The notes under the pieces were generated by a model. The model was not told the origin of the DNA, ran no database searches, and was given only the letters and a program-made list of their open reading frames with translations. Made by a program: the position numbers and the translations under genes. A stretch of 64,000 nt of DNA, from the NCBI GenBank assembly GCA_024679065.1, contig JAGIQG010000010.1, positions 82,274,001 to 82,338,000 of the forward strand, in the 5' to 3' direction. Shown here piece by piece: positions 25,225-38,069 of this stretch (its first letter is position 1; the number at the start of each line of letters is the position of its first letter). The DNA is from Sphyrna mokarran (lineage: Eukaryota).

Positions 25225-28200
25225 ACATAGAACATAGAACATTACAGCGCAGTACAGGCCCTTCGGCCCTCGATGTTGCGCCGGCCAGTGGACCTTCTAA
25301 CCTAAACTATTCCAATATCATCCATATGCCTATCCATCGAACATTTGAATGCCCCCAAAGTAGGCGAGTCCACAACTGCTGCAGGCAGGGCATTCCACGC
25401 CCTCACCACCCTCTGTGTAAAGAACCTGCCTCTGACATCCGTCCTATAACTACCACCTCTTAATTTAAAGTTATGTCCCCTCGTGTTGGTCATCACCATC
25501 CGAGGAAAAAGGCTCTCACTACCACCCTATCCAGTCCTTTGATCATCTTATACGCCTCAATTAGGTCACCGCGTAACCTTCTTCTCTCTAATGAAAATAA
25601 CCGCAGGTCCCTCAGCCTTTCCTCATAAGGCCTTCCCACCATACCAGGCAACATCCTGGTAAACCTCCTCTGCACCCTTTCCAATGCTTCCACATCTTTC
25701 TTATAATGCAGCGACCAGAACTGTATGCAATACTCCAAGTGCGGCCGCACCAGAGTTTTGTACAGTTGTAACATAATCTCACGGCTCCTAAATTCAATCC
25801 CTCTACCAATAAAAGCTAACACACCGTATGCCTTCTTAACAACTTTATCAACCTGGGTGCCAACTTGCAAAGAGCTATGTACTTGTACCCCAAGATCCCT
25901 CTGCTCGACAACACTATTAAGGGTCCTTCCATTAGCCCCATATTTCATATGCCTGTTATTCCTACCAAAGTGAATCACTTCACACTTATCCATATTGAAT
26001 TCCATTTGCCACCTCACGGCCCAGCTCTGCAACCTATCTATGTCCCTCTGCAAACTGTAACATCCATCCTCGCTGTCTACAAACTCCCCCCACTTTGGTA
26101 TCGTCAGCAAATTTACTAATCCAACCCTCTACACCCTCATCTAGGTCATTTATAAAAATGACAAACAGCAGGGGCCCTAAAACAGATCCTTGAGGTACAC
26201 CACTTGTAACTGCATTCCAGGTTGAATATTTCCCATCAACCACCACCCTCTGTCTTCTATCAGCTAGCCAATTCCTAATCCAAACTGCTAAATCACCTTC
26301 AATCCCATGATCTGCACTTTCTGCAGTAGCCTACCATGGGGAACCTTATCAAACGCTTTGCTAAAATCCATATACACTACATCAACTGCCTTACCTTATC
26401 TACCTCTTTGGTCACCTCCTCAAAAAACTCAATAAGGTTTGTGAGGCACGACCTACCCTTCACAAAACCGTGCTGACTATCCCTAATCAATTTATTTCTC
26501 TCTAGATGCGTATAAATCCTATCCCTTATAATTCTTTCCAAGACCTTGCCCACAACAGAAGTCAGGCTCACCGGTCTATAATTTCCAGGATGGTCCCTAC
26601 TCCCCCTTTTGAACAAAGGGACAACATTTGCCATCCTCCAGTCTTCCGGCACTATACCTGTAGCCAACGACGACATGAAGATCAAAGCCAAAGGCTCTGC
26701 AATCTCCTCTCTAGCCTCCCAGAGAATCCTGGGGTAAATCCCATCAGGCCCAGGGGACTTATCAATTTTCATACCCTCAAGATTCGCTAACACCTCCTCC
26801 TTATGAACTTCAATCCTGCCCAGTCTACAACCTAGTATCACAGTATTCTCCCCGACAACATCGTCTTTCTCCTGCGTGAATACTGACGAAAAATACTCAT
26901 TCAGTGTCTCTCCTATCTCCTCAGGCTCCACGCACAACTTCCCACTGCTATCTCTGACTGGCCCTAATCTTGCCCTAATCAATCTTTTATTATTTATATA
27001 CCTGTAAAAAGCTTTAGGATTCTCCTTAATCCTATCCGCCAAAGTCTTCTCGTGTCCTCTTCTAGCTCTTCCCAACTCCCTCTTTAGCTCCTTCCTGGCT
27101 GATGTATAGCTCTCTATTGCCCTAACTGAGCCTTCACGTCTCATCATTATATAAGCCTCCTTCTTCCTCTTCACCAGAGATTCAACTTCCTTAGTACACC
27201 ATGGTTCCCTCACTCGACCACTTCCTCCCGGCTGGCAGGATACCTATTCATTAAGGACAGCAGAAGCTGTTCCTTAAATATCTCACATTTCAGATGTCCC
27301 CCAGCCCCTGCAAATTTCCTGCTCCACCCTATGCATCCTAAATCTCTCCTAATAGCCTCATAATTACCTTTCCCCCAGATATAACTACTGTTATTCGGTA
27401 CGTGCCCATCCCTTTCCATCACTAAGGTAAACGTAACCGAATTGTGGTCACTATCACCAAAGTGCACACCCACCTCCAAGTCTAACACCTGGTCTCGTTC
27501 ATTACCCAATACCAAATCCAATATAGCCTCACCTCTTGTTGGCCTATCTACATACTGAGTCATGAAACCTTCCTGCACACATTGAACAAAAACTGACCCC
27601 TCTAACGTATTTGAACTATAACTTTTCCAATCGATATTAGAAAAGTTAAAGTCCCCCATTACAATTACCCTGTTACTTTCACACTATCCAGGATCAACTT
27701 TGCAATCCCTTCCTCTACTTCTCTGGAATTTTTTGGAGGCCTATAAAAAACTCCCAACAGTGTGACCTCTCCTTTCTTGTTTCTAATCTCAGCCCACACT
27801 ACCTCAGCAGACAAGTCCACATCAAACGTCTTTTCTGCCACCGTAATGCTGTCCTTAACTAATAATGCCACTCCTCCCTCTCTTCTACCACCACCTCTGC
27901 TCTGACTGAAACATCTGAACCCCGGAACCTGCAACAACCATTCCTGCCCCTGCTCTATCCACGTCTCTGAAATGGCCACAACATCGAAGTCCCAAGCACC
28001 AATCCAGGCTGCAAGTTAATCCACCTTATTGCGTATGCTCCTCGCATTAAAGTATACACACTTCAAACCACCCTCCCGTTTGCCACCATACTGCTGTGAC
28101 CTAGAAACCTTATCCGTGACCTCCCTATTCACATCCTCCTGTATACTGGCACAACAATTCAGGTTCCCATCTCCCCCCGAATCAGTTTAAACCCCCCCGG

Positions 28201-28870
28201 ATAGCACTGGTAAATTTACCCCCCAAGATATTGATACCTCTCCAGTTCAGGTGCAGACCATCCCTCTTGTAGAGGTCCCCAGAATGAGCCCCAATTGTCC
28301 AAATACCTGAACCCTTCCTTCCTGCACCATCCCTTTAGCCACGAGTTCAATGTTCTCTCTCCCTATTCTTTTCTATGCCATCCCACGGCACAGGATTAGA
28401 CTAGTTTTAACCCTAAGTTTCCACCCTAACTCTCTGAATTTCTGCTTTATATCCCCATCCCTTTTTCTATCTACGTCATGGGTACCTACATGCACCACAA
28501 CTTGGGGCTGGTTCCCCTCCCCCTTAAGGATCCCGAACATTCGGTCAGAGATATCACTGACCCCAGCACCCGGGAGGCAACATACCAACCGCGAGTCCCG
28601 CTCCTTCCCACATACCCTCCTATCTATCCCCTTAACTAGGGAGTCCCCAATCACTAATCCAGATCTTTTCTTCCCCCTTCCCACCTGAGCATCAAGGACA
28701 GGCTCAACTCCCGAGATCTGTACTCCATGGCTTACCCTGGTTGTATCTACATCCCCACCAGCATCCAAAGCAGAGTACTTATTGCACAGAGGAACAGCCT
28801 CAGGGGAACTCTGCACTGACTGCTCCTTACTCCTTCTAACCGTCACCCATGTATCACATTTAGGAGTGTG
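25225..28870 (-). mobile_element. CR1-clade LINE, 5'-truncated, young but inactivated; ORF1 SGNH-esterase part plus ORF2 APE endonuclease/RT
   Basis: ORFs contain GDSLVKG..VHVGTHD (esterase), AISETW/GDFN/SDH (APE), [21 protein letters not shown] and FADDTK (RT). It has a (TTCTATG)n-type tail at 25225 and TSD aacaagt at 25218-25224 and 28871-28877. Frameshifts are present, plus a TAA at 28016-28018. Confidence 0.95.
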
Positions 28871-30286
28871 AACAAGTGCACTCATTATTACTGAAGTGCA
28901 GAACCTTTAGTTTACAGCTTGTTTCCATCCTCTGCAAACTTTGCGGGGTTGGGGGGGAGAACTTAATAGAGGTGTTGGAGGACTTGTCTGCAATAGACAT
29001 GTACTGCTTTGTCTAGGAGCGTCTAAGAACGCCCATCAGTATTAAGTGTCTGGCAGGTGTGACCACCAGCCAGGCCTTGAAATCTAGTACCCACTGAGAG
29101 CTGCCAGCCAATTAGAGGGTGGCAGCTGCTTTTGCTCAACAGCATCACTGGCGATGTGGTGGCTACTTCTGGAAGGACTGCCAACAGGCCAGAGATCTGA
29201 GATCAAATGACACAGCCCAGAGATAAGTCATGACAGGAGAGGTTTTCTGGCGCAGAGGTCACGGGGGATTGGGGTTGAAGTGAGGGGAGTCAGCTGCAAA
29301 GATTAGGCACCTTTGAACTCACTGTCAGGAACAACCAGCCCACACAGTTGTACTTATTGTGCATGCTACATGGTGTTGGATCCATCCACAGCTGGGTGAA
29401 TACCAGTGGCAACTGGATGAGGCCTTAAGTAGTCATTAATTGACCATTTAAGGACCTCAACTGGCAACTGGGCAGCAAATCTGACATGGGCCTTCCTGTC
29501 CTGGATTTAAATTGGATGGAAGCAGGAAGACGGCATGATGCTCGCTCACCACACTCCCATCAAAGTACCTTCTCTGTCTCCACACTACGTGAGAGGGCGT
29601 GAAATATCCCAATATGCTATGAGTATTGCAAAATGTGCAATGAAGCTCAGTGAGTCATGTGACACTGAAGCATTCCTGAATGAAAATTATGGGCTTAATT
29701 TGTTTTGTAAGATTGGTTTTCATCATCAATATGCATATACTTACATATAGAGTAAGATCAGCATGGTGGTAACTATTTTTAAAAAATCTATACTAAAGTC
29801 CTGTACATTATCTTCAATAAAATAGCTGGCTGGTAGTAGTAACATAACTAGTTTATTATTCAACATTAAGAAATGCTGCACTTTCAAGAATAAATCAGTA
29901 GCCATATATGAATATTAGTTGATTTTTAAAAGGAAAAAAACAGCATTTTGGATTGGAATTAGGAACAGGAGAGACTGCAGTTCTACAGGAATTTGTATGG
30001 GATGCTGTTGTAATTATTTAATGCTCAAATTCATCTTTATGTAGCAATCTGGAAGACCACCGAAGGTGTTGGAGCTGAGTGCTTGAAGTTCTGCTTATCA
30101 AAATAATAAATTATGTTTAATGAAAAACTAATTTTAATTATAATTTCACTAAAGACATGATCTTAATACAGTGGACTATGCAATGGAATGAGTAAAGATA
30201 TCAAGAGGACGGACTGATTAAAAAAATAACAATTCTAAATACAAACCCAAACTTTAAATAGTAAAAGAATACTACTACGAACCCAC

Positions 30287-30404
30287 CTCAATTTCTTTTC
30301 CAGGTGACAAATGACTCTGGCTAACTGAGCCAGCTGAGTTGTGGGAAATCTTCACTGGGCACTTGGTGTCCTGCTGCAAAACCTCAAAGTACTGCTTTAC
30401 AAAC
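30287..30404 (-). CDS. SUPT20H: SUPT20H coding exon FVKQYFEVLQQDTKCPVKISHNSAGSVSQSHLSPGKEIE (118 nt)
   Basis: ctctag|GTTT...ATTGAG|gtgggt; inside ORF 30275..30508. Confidence 0.94.
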
Positions 30405-30508
30405 CTAGAGTTTAACAAGATGGGTTTTAAACAGTAAACCCAGATGGTGAAAACTCTGTAATAAACAGTGTGTAAGTAGAGGATGAGAGGAAAACCAAAG
30501 GCACTCAC

Positions 30509-30541
30509 CTGTCAGCTTCTGCTTTTGTGCCTATTGGGAAC
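30509..30541 (-). CDS. SUPT20H: SUPT20H coding exon FPIGTKAEAD(R) (33 nt)
   Basis: taccag|GTTC...GACAG|gtgagt; homologous to FIIGSKTDAER. Confidence 0.9.
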
Positions 30542-31332
30542 CTGGTATACAAAACAATGTTTTAGAGTTGAGATTTATGGAACAAATGTATAAAAAACAT
30601 GTATAGACCTAAACTATTCAATTGCAAACAAATTTTTGCAAGTTATACATTCACAAGTCTGACTTAGAATGCATTGGGTTCAAGCACTATTACAGATATG
30701 AGTGCGCAGTTTAAGCTGATATTTTAGTCAGCATTGAGATTCAATTTTTTAGATGCAGAATATACATGTCAGCTCAGGTGGATTTAAAAGAATCTATGGC
30801 TATCTGAGGAAGAACAGAGTTAGCTTCCTAACAAACATTCTTTCCTCAATTACCAAAAACAGATTGATTCTTCTCATGGATGTGGGACAAACCAGTGCTA
30901 CCACAGCTAAAAAGAGCAGTGGTTACATTTCAGAAATAGTCCATTAACTATAAAACATTTTGTAATGTCCTGATATATCTAACATATTTACTAAAAACAA
31001 TAAAATGTTTTTGAAGTACTAATATAACCCAAGTAATATTTGATATTTCCAAATTATCAAATCTGGAATTTTTTTTGTAATATTACTCTTCCTTAAACCC
31101 AATGGAATAACAAAATTCTGGATAAAATAATAATTGCAATTTTCAATTGAATAATTTCACAATTTTAAGTATTTTAAAATTTAAATAATTTAAAATTTAA
31201 AATTAATTATTAGTCTGAATCTCTTGTGTTCGTGTTACTATTTCTAAATTGTTGCTTAGAGGTCACCGGAAGTAAACATTCAGTTTACAGCTTTCCCTCA
31301 AGTCGCATTGTGAGTCGTGGTCTCTGATCATG

Positions 31333-31420
31333 ATATCACATAGAATAAGAGTGGATACATTGATTTTTCTATCACATATATGAATAAGAGTGGATACATT
31401 GATTTTTCTATCACATATAT
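31333..31420. repeat. Tandem duplication, ~39-bp unit, ~2.2 copies
   Basis: gaataagagtggatacattgatttttctatcacatata occurs twice in tandem. Confidence 0.9.
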
Positions 31421-31649
31421 AATTATAATAATTATCCTATTAGATAGCTTCTCAAAAGATGTACAAGTATAATTTCATCATTTGGTTTAATGGTAAATTC
31501 CTGAAATTGCTTTTGGTAACATAAACACACCATTAATGGGTGAAGCTACCAACTTGGGTCAGCCTTTTTAAAGTTGAAGCACAAAACGATTTACTCTAAG
31601 ATACTTATTTCGCATTCACACTTCTTTCAATTTAGTCCCACAATTATTC

Positions 31650-32020
31650 ATGCGGGGTTATCTCTTGAGGGAAGGTTGGACAGGTTGGGCCTGTATCCAT
31701 TAGAGTTTAGAAGAATAAAAGGCGATCTTACTTCAACATTTAAGATCTTGAAGGGACTTTATAGGGTGGATGCTGAAAAGATGTTTCCCCTTGTTGGGAG
31801 AGACCAGAACAAGGTCACACAGTTTAAAAATTAGGGATGTCAGATGGACTTGAGGAAAATTTTTCTCTGAGGTTGTGAATCTGTGAAATTCTCTTTCTCA
31901 GAGAGAGATGGAAGCATTGTTATTAAACAGTTTTAAGGCAGAGTTAGATGAATTTTTGACAAACAAGAGTGTAGGGAGTAGGCAGGAGGGTGGAGTCAGG
32001 GCCAAAATCAAATTAGTCAT
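31650..32020 (+). mobile_element. CR1 3' fragment (3'UTR resumes at about 33003-33090)
   Basis: RLDRLGLYPLEFRRIKGDL..FKILKGL in ORF 31574..31834. Confidence 0.8.
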
Positions 32021-32057
32021 GGAAGGGCATTTTCCAGCCTTGCCCATTGCCTGGAAT

Positions 32058-32342
32058 TAAGTTTATTTTATTAGTGTCACAAGTAGACTTACATTAACAA
32101 TACAATGAAGTTACTGTGAAAATCTCCTAGTCACCACACTCGGGCACAGTTCAGATACACTGAGAATTTAGCATGGCCCATGCACCTAAGCAGCACATCT
32201 TTTGGACTGTGGGAGGAAACCGGAACACCGAGAGGAAACCCATGCAAACATGGGCTGAACGTACAGACTCCGGGCAGACAGCAACCCAAGCCAGGAACTG
32301 AACACGGGTCCCTGGCAGTGTACGGCAACAGTACTAACCAAT
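32058..32342 (-). mobile_element. V-SINE-like tRNA SINE
   Basis: Reverse complement of the 9345 subfamily. Confidence 0.85.
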
Positions 32343-32347
32343 ACACC

Positions 32348-32556
32348 CTCTTTACCCAGAGGGTGGTAAGGGTATGGAATGCCCTGCCTGCTGCAGTTGT
32401 AGATGCGTCAAGTTTGGTGGCGTTTAAGAGGTTAGTAGATAAGTTTATGGACGAAAAGGGAATGGTTTAGGTTAGAGGGTCACTGCTTTTTCCTAATTGG
32501 TCGGCGCAACATCAAAGGCCGAAGGACCTGTTCTGCGCTGTAATGTTCTATGTTCT
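32348..32556 (+). mobile_element. Short 3' end of the young CR1 family
   Basis: FTQRVVRVWNALPAAVVD and a tail taatgttctatgttct, near-identical to the reverse complement of 25225-25420. Confidence 0.88.
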
Positions 32557-32562
32557 AATGTG

Positions 32563-32740
32563 CAAGTTTCCTCTGGGTGCTCCAGTTTCCTCCCATAATC
32601 TGAAAGATATGCTAGTTAGGTGCATTAATCTGAACAGATGCCAGAATGTGGCAACTAGGGGAATTTCACAGTAACTTAATTGCAGTGTTAATGTAAGCCT
32701 TACTTGTGATGAATAAATAAACTACTTTTATTTTACTTTG
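32563..32740 (+). mobile_element. V-SINE 3' half
   Basis: Core plus gcagtgttaatgtaagcc..aataaataaac tail. Confidence 0.8.
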
Positions 32741-33111
32741 TGCCACCATACTTCTAAGTTCCAGTGGACACAGGCCCAACCTGTCCAACCCTTCCTCAAA
32801 ACACAACCCTGTACGAATAGGACTGGGATTGAATTGAAAGATGTGTGAATGCAGTATATCCTAACAGGCACCCGAATGTGGCGACTAGGGGATTTTCACA
32901 GTGACTTCACTGTCACCATGCCACCCTACCAGAAGTCCGGGTGGACCTTTGGGTCAGCCGGTAAGTCTTCCAAGGCAGGTCTTGCCACGATGGGGCCAGA
33001 ATATCTCAGCCATGATTTTATTATATGGTGGAATAGACTCAAAGGCTGACTGGTCTATTCTTGTGTATTTTCATACTTCCTAATCCTATTGTGCAGTAAA
33101 CGTATACTTAC

Positions 33112-33278
33112 GGGATGTGAGTAACCAAGTGTTCGTTTTCTTCCTCTGGTTTGGGGTCCTTCACCATTTGTATCTTACCATAAAAGAGGGGGTCATCTGA
33201 TGACTGATAAATGGTTAATTTGGAGGCATGAACTTGATCTGTTCCTTCCCACTCAAAAACGTATTCATCATTTGCTTC
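33112..33278 (-). CDS. SUPT20H: SUPT20H coding exon EANDEYVFEWEGTDQVHASKLTIYQSSDDPLFYGKIQMVKDPKPEEENEHLVTHI(P) (167 nt)
   Basis: tttaag|GAA...ATCCC|gtaagt; homologous to DVKDDYVFECE...DPLYYGKIQ. Confidence 0.93.
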
Positions 33279-34566
33279 CTTAAAGAATTCAATAATTAAA
33301 TATTCTTAGTGTCATCATTTAACATTACACAGTAAAGCTAAAGATGAGATGTCACTGTAAGTTTCATTGCTGGATAAATCTTTTACTCTCCTATCAACTC
33401 AGAGTATCGAGTATTCCTTCCCTGTAGTTATGGCCACTATAGTCTAATTGTTCTCATAATGTCATATTAATTGTTTGCCATAATTAATTTCCCAGAACTA
33501 AACAAACAATTGAACCCTGTTGGACCAGAAACATACTGAGTTAAGAAGCCATCGGGATAAATCTTTTTAAACAACTTGTTCTGCACTCTTGATCCCCAAT
33601 ACAACCTGAGTGTAACAATTCACTCAGTTAACATATTATTTTTATTCTTCTCTTCACCATCCTGTTTATTCTCTCCATCATGTTAGTTTAAATCTTTTCC
33701 AACAGCACTAGTTACTCTACTAACAGGGACAATGGTTCTAGCTCAAAGCAAGCACAAAGCCACACAGACTGCTCTTGTTGCCTACACAATTCCCAAAAAC
33801 TGGAATTCTTCCCTCCACCATCAAACTTACAAATAATCTCCCCTAACCAGTAATTTCTATACTTGTTAAGTGTAAACCTAGGGTTTCTACCATTGGGAAG
33901 ATGTTCTTTCATCTGTTCCCTAATTCCAAAATTCATTAACAGGATCTCATTTCTCTTTCCAGGTTGGCAGTGCCCTATCCCTGACCACCTGGGTGCTTCA
34001 GTGACCTCTGGTCCCATAGGTGAGGATATCATGTCTGGTCCTTATTGGTGGGGATCATACATGATTTTTGCCAGTGAGGCCTTTCATTGGCAAGGCCGTT
34101 AAAGCGACTGAGCCCATAATATTACATCCTGGGCTCACCGGTAATATTTAAAATAGATTAAAATGTTTAAAAATCAGCCTCAAGCGCTTCCCAGGTGCGA
34201 GGCTGATTATGCCGACAATACAGGACCTGTAAGCTCATGAGGTAAAAAACCAGGTCCATGCCCAGTTTCGGCTTCTCTTGCTATTTTACCAACTTGCCAC
34301 CCTGATCGATTGGCACGATAAGCCACTCTGGGTCTGTGTGCCAGTGGACCCCTTTTTTTTTGTGTATTTTTAACCCCTCTTTTCACTCAAAGATTGTAAA
34401 ACTTCATTAAAAATGTATGTACACAAACAAATCCTGACAAGTTGCTCTTTTTGTTAGTAGGCTTACCAAATTTCTCAGCACCAAACTTTTACAAGTTATA
34501 CATTGTTCCTAACATTGCCGTTAAATGAACAAATGATGCTTGGCAAATAATCAAGACTGTCACCCA

Positions 34567-35073
34567 GGGCAGAATTTTGCCACTGTTCGGCAAAGTGTCA
34601 TCCCGGCAGGAAAAATAGAGGGTAACCTGCTGGCAGCATTGCTGAGCTTTCCTGCTTTTTTAAAATTTTTTTTGCCTCAAAGAAGTGAGGAGGACAGTTC
34701 CACGATATCATGCTGATGAGGTGGGGGCTGGCAACTTAGATCTTAGATTGAGGCACTTAGGGGCTGCACTCACTTGCTTCTAGTGAGGTTCTGCTTGCCA
34801 AGAGCACGTCATGGGGAAATCAGTCATGATTCATATCAGGCACATTGATGCAAATGGACAATTTAATGTGAATGGACTATCAGGTGTAGAGGGCTAATGA
34901 TTTTTAAACTGATACACAATTTTAAATTTGCGATTTCTATTGTATCATTAGTAGGGAGTGGGAACAATTGATTGGGGAAATCCCACTTAGGCAAAGACCA
35001 TTTTGGGACTCCCATACTATTTCTGCCCACTCTGCTGTTCCCACCCTTAAAAATGAGAGTGGAAAATCCACCC
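34567..35073. mobile_element. MITE
   Basis: gggcagaattttgcc...ggaaaatccaccc termini. Confidence 0.6.
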
Positions 35074-35504
35074 TCCCCGAAGTAAATGTCTATACTTTCA
35101 TTCAATTATACAAGCCGTTAAAGTTGTACAGGGAGATTTAATCAAATATATATTTCGGATGTAAACATTTGTCCAACTGAACATTTGCAATTGACCATAC
35201 AGAGTAAATACTTGCTTATAATCACCTTTCAATCTTTGTAACATTTATTTCCTTCAAATTGTAGCTTAATTTTTGTAATAATAAATTATGGAATAAACTT
35301 TCAATGAATATGCTTAAAATGATTTTGAAAAATGTCACTATCAATAAACACAAAGCTGAATTAGAAGAGGCACATAACCATTTTGTCTCACATTCCCAAT
35401 ATAATAAATCACTGCTATTAGAAGTACTGTAATTGGAAATTCCATGGCGCCTGATCAAGTCCCACAAGATTTTTCAAGAAGCCAAAAAAAAAAGAGGTAC
35501 ATAC

Positions 35505-35576
35505 ATGGGTCGGCCAGACAGCTGTTTGCAAGTCATCAGATTTGCTAGCTTTTTCCACCTTTGCATACTTTTCCAC
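35505..35576 (-). CDS. SUPT20H: SUPT20H coding exon VEKYAKVEKASKSDDLQTAVWPTH (72 nt)
   Basis: ctgcag|GTG...ACCCAT|gtatgt. Confidence 0.95.
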
Positions 35577-36329
35577 CTGCAGCAAGTGCCAAATTTGAAA
35601 CCAAAATTAATGAAGAGAAAACAGAAGGGTTTTTCACTTTGTAAGTTTTACTGTAAGAAACCATTCAATGAGTCACTCTCCCACCAGAAGAATAGAAAAT
35701 CTGCTACAATTCATTAAAAAAATCTATACGCAGGGTGTGAAAACACTCAGAGCACCCCAAACTGAATGCAAGTAAACTGCATAAATTGTACACATTTCCC
35801 AGATGGTCGCTTTCAGGGACCACAAACAGCTGTCAAATTCTAATATGCATAAAATCTGAAACTCCAGTTAACTGCAAACCTGAACATGTACTTTTCACTA
35901 TAACAGAAGCCAAAGCATTATTGCGTATTGATTGTCATTATATTATGCATCTAATGGGGCTCAAATTAAAGGTGCTGTTGATACTGTTGCCCGGATTAGA
36001 TTGTGAGAATTCAATTTTACAGCCACCAGATTCAAAATCTGTTCCAATATAACTTCTATATGATTTTTGAAGAGTTTGGGAAGGTGGATTCTAGAACACT
36101 AAACATACGATAGTGAGTTCTTGTTTTTTGATATCAGCACAACAACTGTGGGAAAATCTACATTTTTAGATTTATGTCAGTTGCACCTGTTGTTGACTGG
36201 AAATTGTAAAATTTAAAGTACAGAATATACCCAGGGTTGATGCATTTGATCCCGCCTTAGGGTAGGGAGCAGAACTCTGTTGGGAGATGTTAACAGTCAT
36301 ATCTGTACGTTTGAGGGACAGAGAGAGTT

Positions 36330-36655
36330 ATGGAATCACTGAAATGCAGAAAGAGGCCATTGGGCCCATCGAGCCTGCATCAACTACAATCCCACCCCAT
36401 ACTATCTCCATAACACTTTGCCTTTACCCTGTTAATCCCCTGACACTAAGGGTAAATTTAGCATGGCCAATCAACCTAACCCACACATCTTTGGACCAGA
36501 CACAACTCAGAGGAAACCAAAGCACCCGGACAGAACCCATACAGACACATGGAGAATGTGCAAACATCAACAGGCATTCAACCAAGGCTGGAATTGAACT
36601 TCAGTCCCTGCACAGTGAGATAGCAGTGCTAACCACTGTGCCATCGTGCCACCCT
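36330..36655 (-). mobile_element. HE1/V-SINE-like tRNA SINE
   Basis: Ends gcagtgctaaccactgtgccatcgtgccaccc, the reverse complement of the head. Confidence 0.87.
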
Positions 36656-38069
36656 CAAGTGAATCAGGAGCTGGGGAAAGCATCAGAAGATTGTTAGCTT
36701 TGTGCTAGTGTAAAGATAAGAGGTTAAGAGAAGCCCAAGGCAGCCAACAGCTCAGTGAAGCCAAAGTGGACAGCATCCATTGGGACCAAAGAAGCACATC
36801 AGCAGTGGGATTCTACTTGAGAGCAACTAGAATTAGAATCATGCTGATAATTAAATGCTAGGTGCTGCCTTATGAATTCAGTGGAAACAGTCTTGGGAGA
36901 TGAGACTGAGCACCTTAGAGGCAAGTCGTTATTGGGCAGTTGGAATTGGATTAGCTTTTGAGGGAAATCAGTGGCTAGATCTTCAAAAGAAAGGAGCTAA
37001 AATCCCTCAGGAGGCAGACAAAAGTTTAAAGAATTTTGAGATTCAACAGCGATCATCGATGTCAGGGTTGCTGAGAAAGTTCAGGGTAACTGTCCTGATA
37101 TTTTCTGACGTAGAGATGCCGGCGTTGGACTGGGGTAAATTCAGTAAAATCGGTGCTGTCAAACTTTACTGATATTTTCTGCCATTTGATGTGCAGTTTG
37201 TGTTTGTTTGACCAGTTTGTCAGTTAATGCATGTTTTCCTTATTAATTCCTGTTGTTAAAGTATGAGATAGTACGTGATGATCATTTGCTTCACCAAAGT
37301 AAAAATAGTAAAAGTGGAATCTTTTGACTTTATTGAATGGGATTTTCTAGCCCTATCCGCCAGCAAGATCTTTACATCCTGCCAAATGCAAGCCCTACGG
37401 CAGGTTCCCTAGCAGCAGGATGACTGAGCAATGGAAAAGGCTCTAGGCATTGGTCAGCCTGAAAGATGCAGCCTGCAGCCAATGTTCAGCTATGTCTACT
37501 ACTGCAAAATACGAAGATAAGCTGAGCAAAGCTGTTTCAAGATTACAGTTACACACGGCAGGAATCTGTGTTCACTTCAAACAAGCCATTGCATGGGGAA
37601 TCTTGTCGGAGCTACCAGTTGTTCATGAAAAACCAGAAGCAACCCCCAAAAGAGATATTGATGTTGAGTGTAGTAATTTTTGCTGGATTTTGTTTAAACA
37701 TACTGGATATTGTTTGGGGAGATTTAGCTCTGAGTTTGGGAAATTGGAAGGATTTTGAGCTGCATCAATTCAGTGATGTGTGTAGCCATTATTGTAATTA
37801 AGGTTTTATCTTTAATTGCCTGTTTTGTTCTTTGTTTTGCATTTAATAAAATGAATTTTGCTTAATTATTACAGCAAGGCTCAGACCTTCCTCACTGGTC
37901 TTCATATCTTTCCTCACATTATACCAATTTGAAAAACAAATAGTTAGGAACTGGCATTCCAAGTTTCCCTTTTGTAATTTGCAATATCCTAGCATTTAAC
38001 ATTGGCTGGGTTATTAACATCATGCATTGCTGGCTTGTATTCTTTTAAAAACACACTATTAATGATAGG

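Noticed and set aside
31333-31420. Direct repeats resembling a CRISPR array
   Set aside because: Adjacent tandem copies without spacers in eukaryotic DNA.
36660-37900. Possible solo LTR
   Set aside because: Composition is suggestive, but no second LTR, PBS, TSD or gag/pol remnant is visible.
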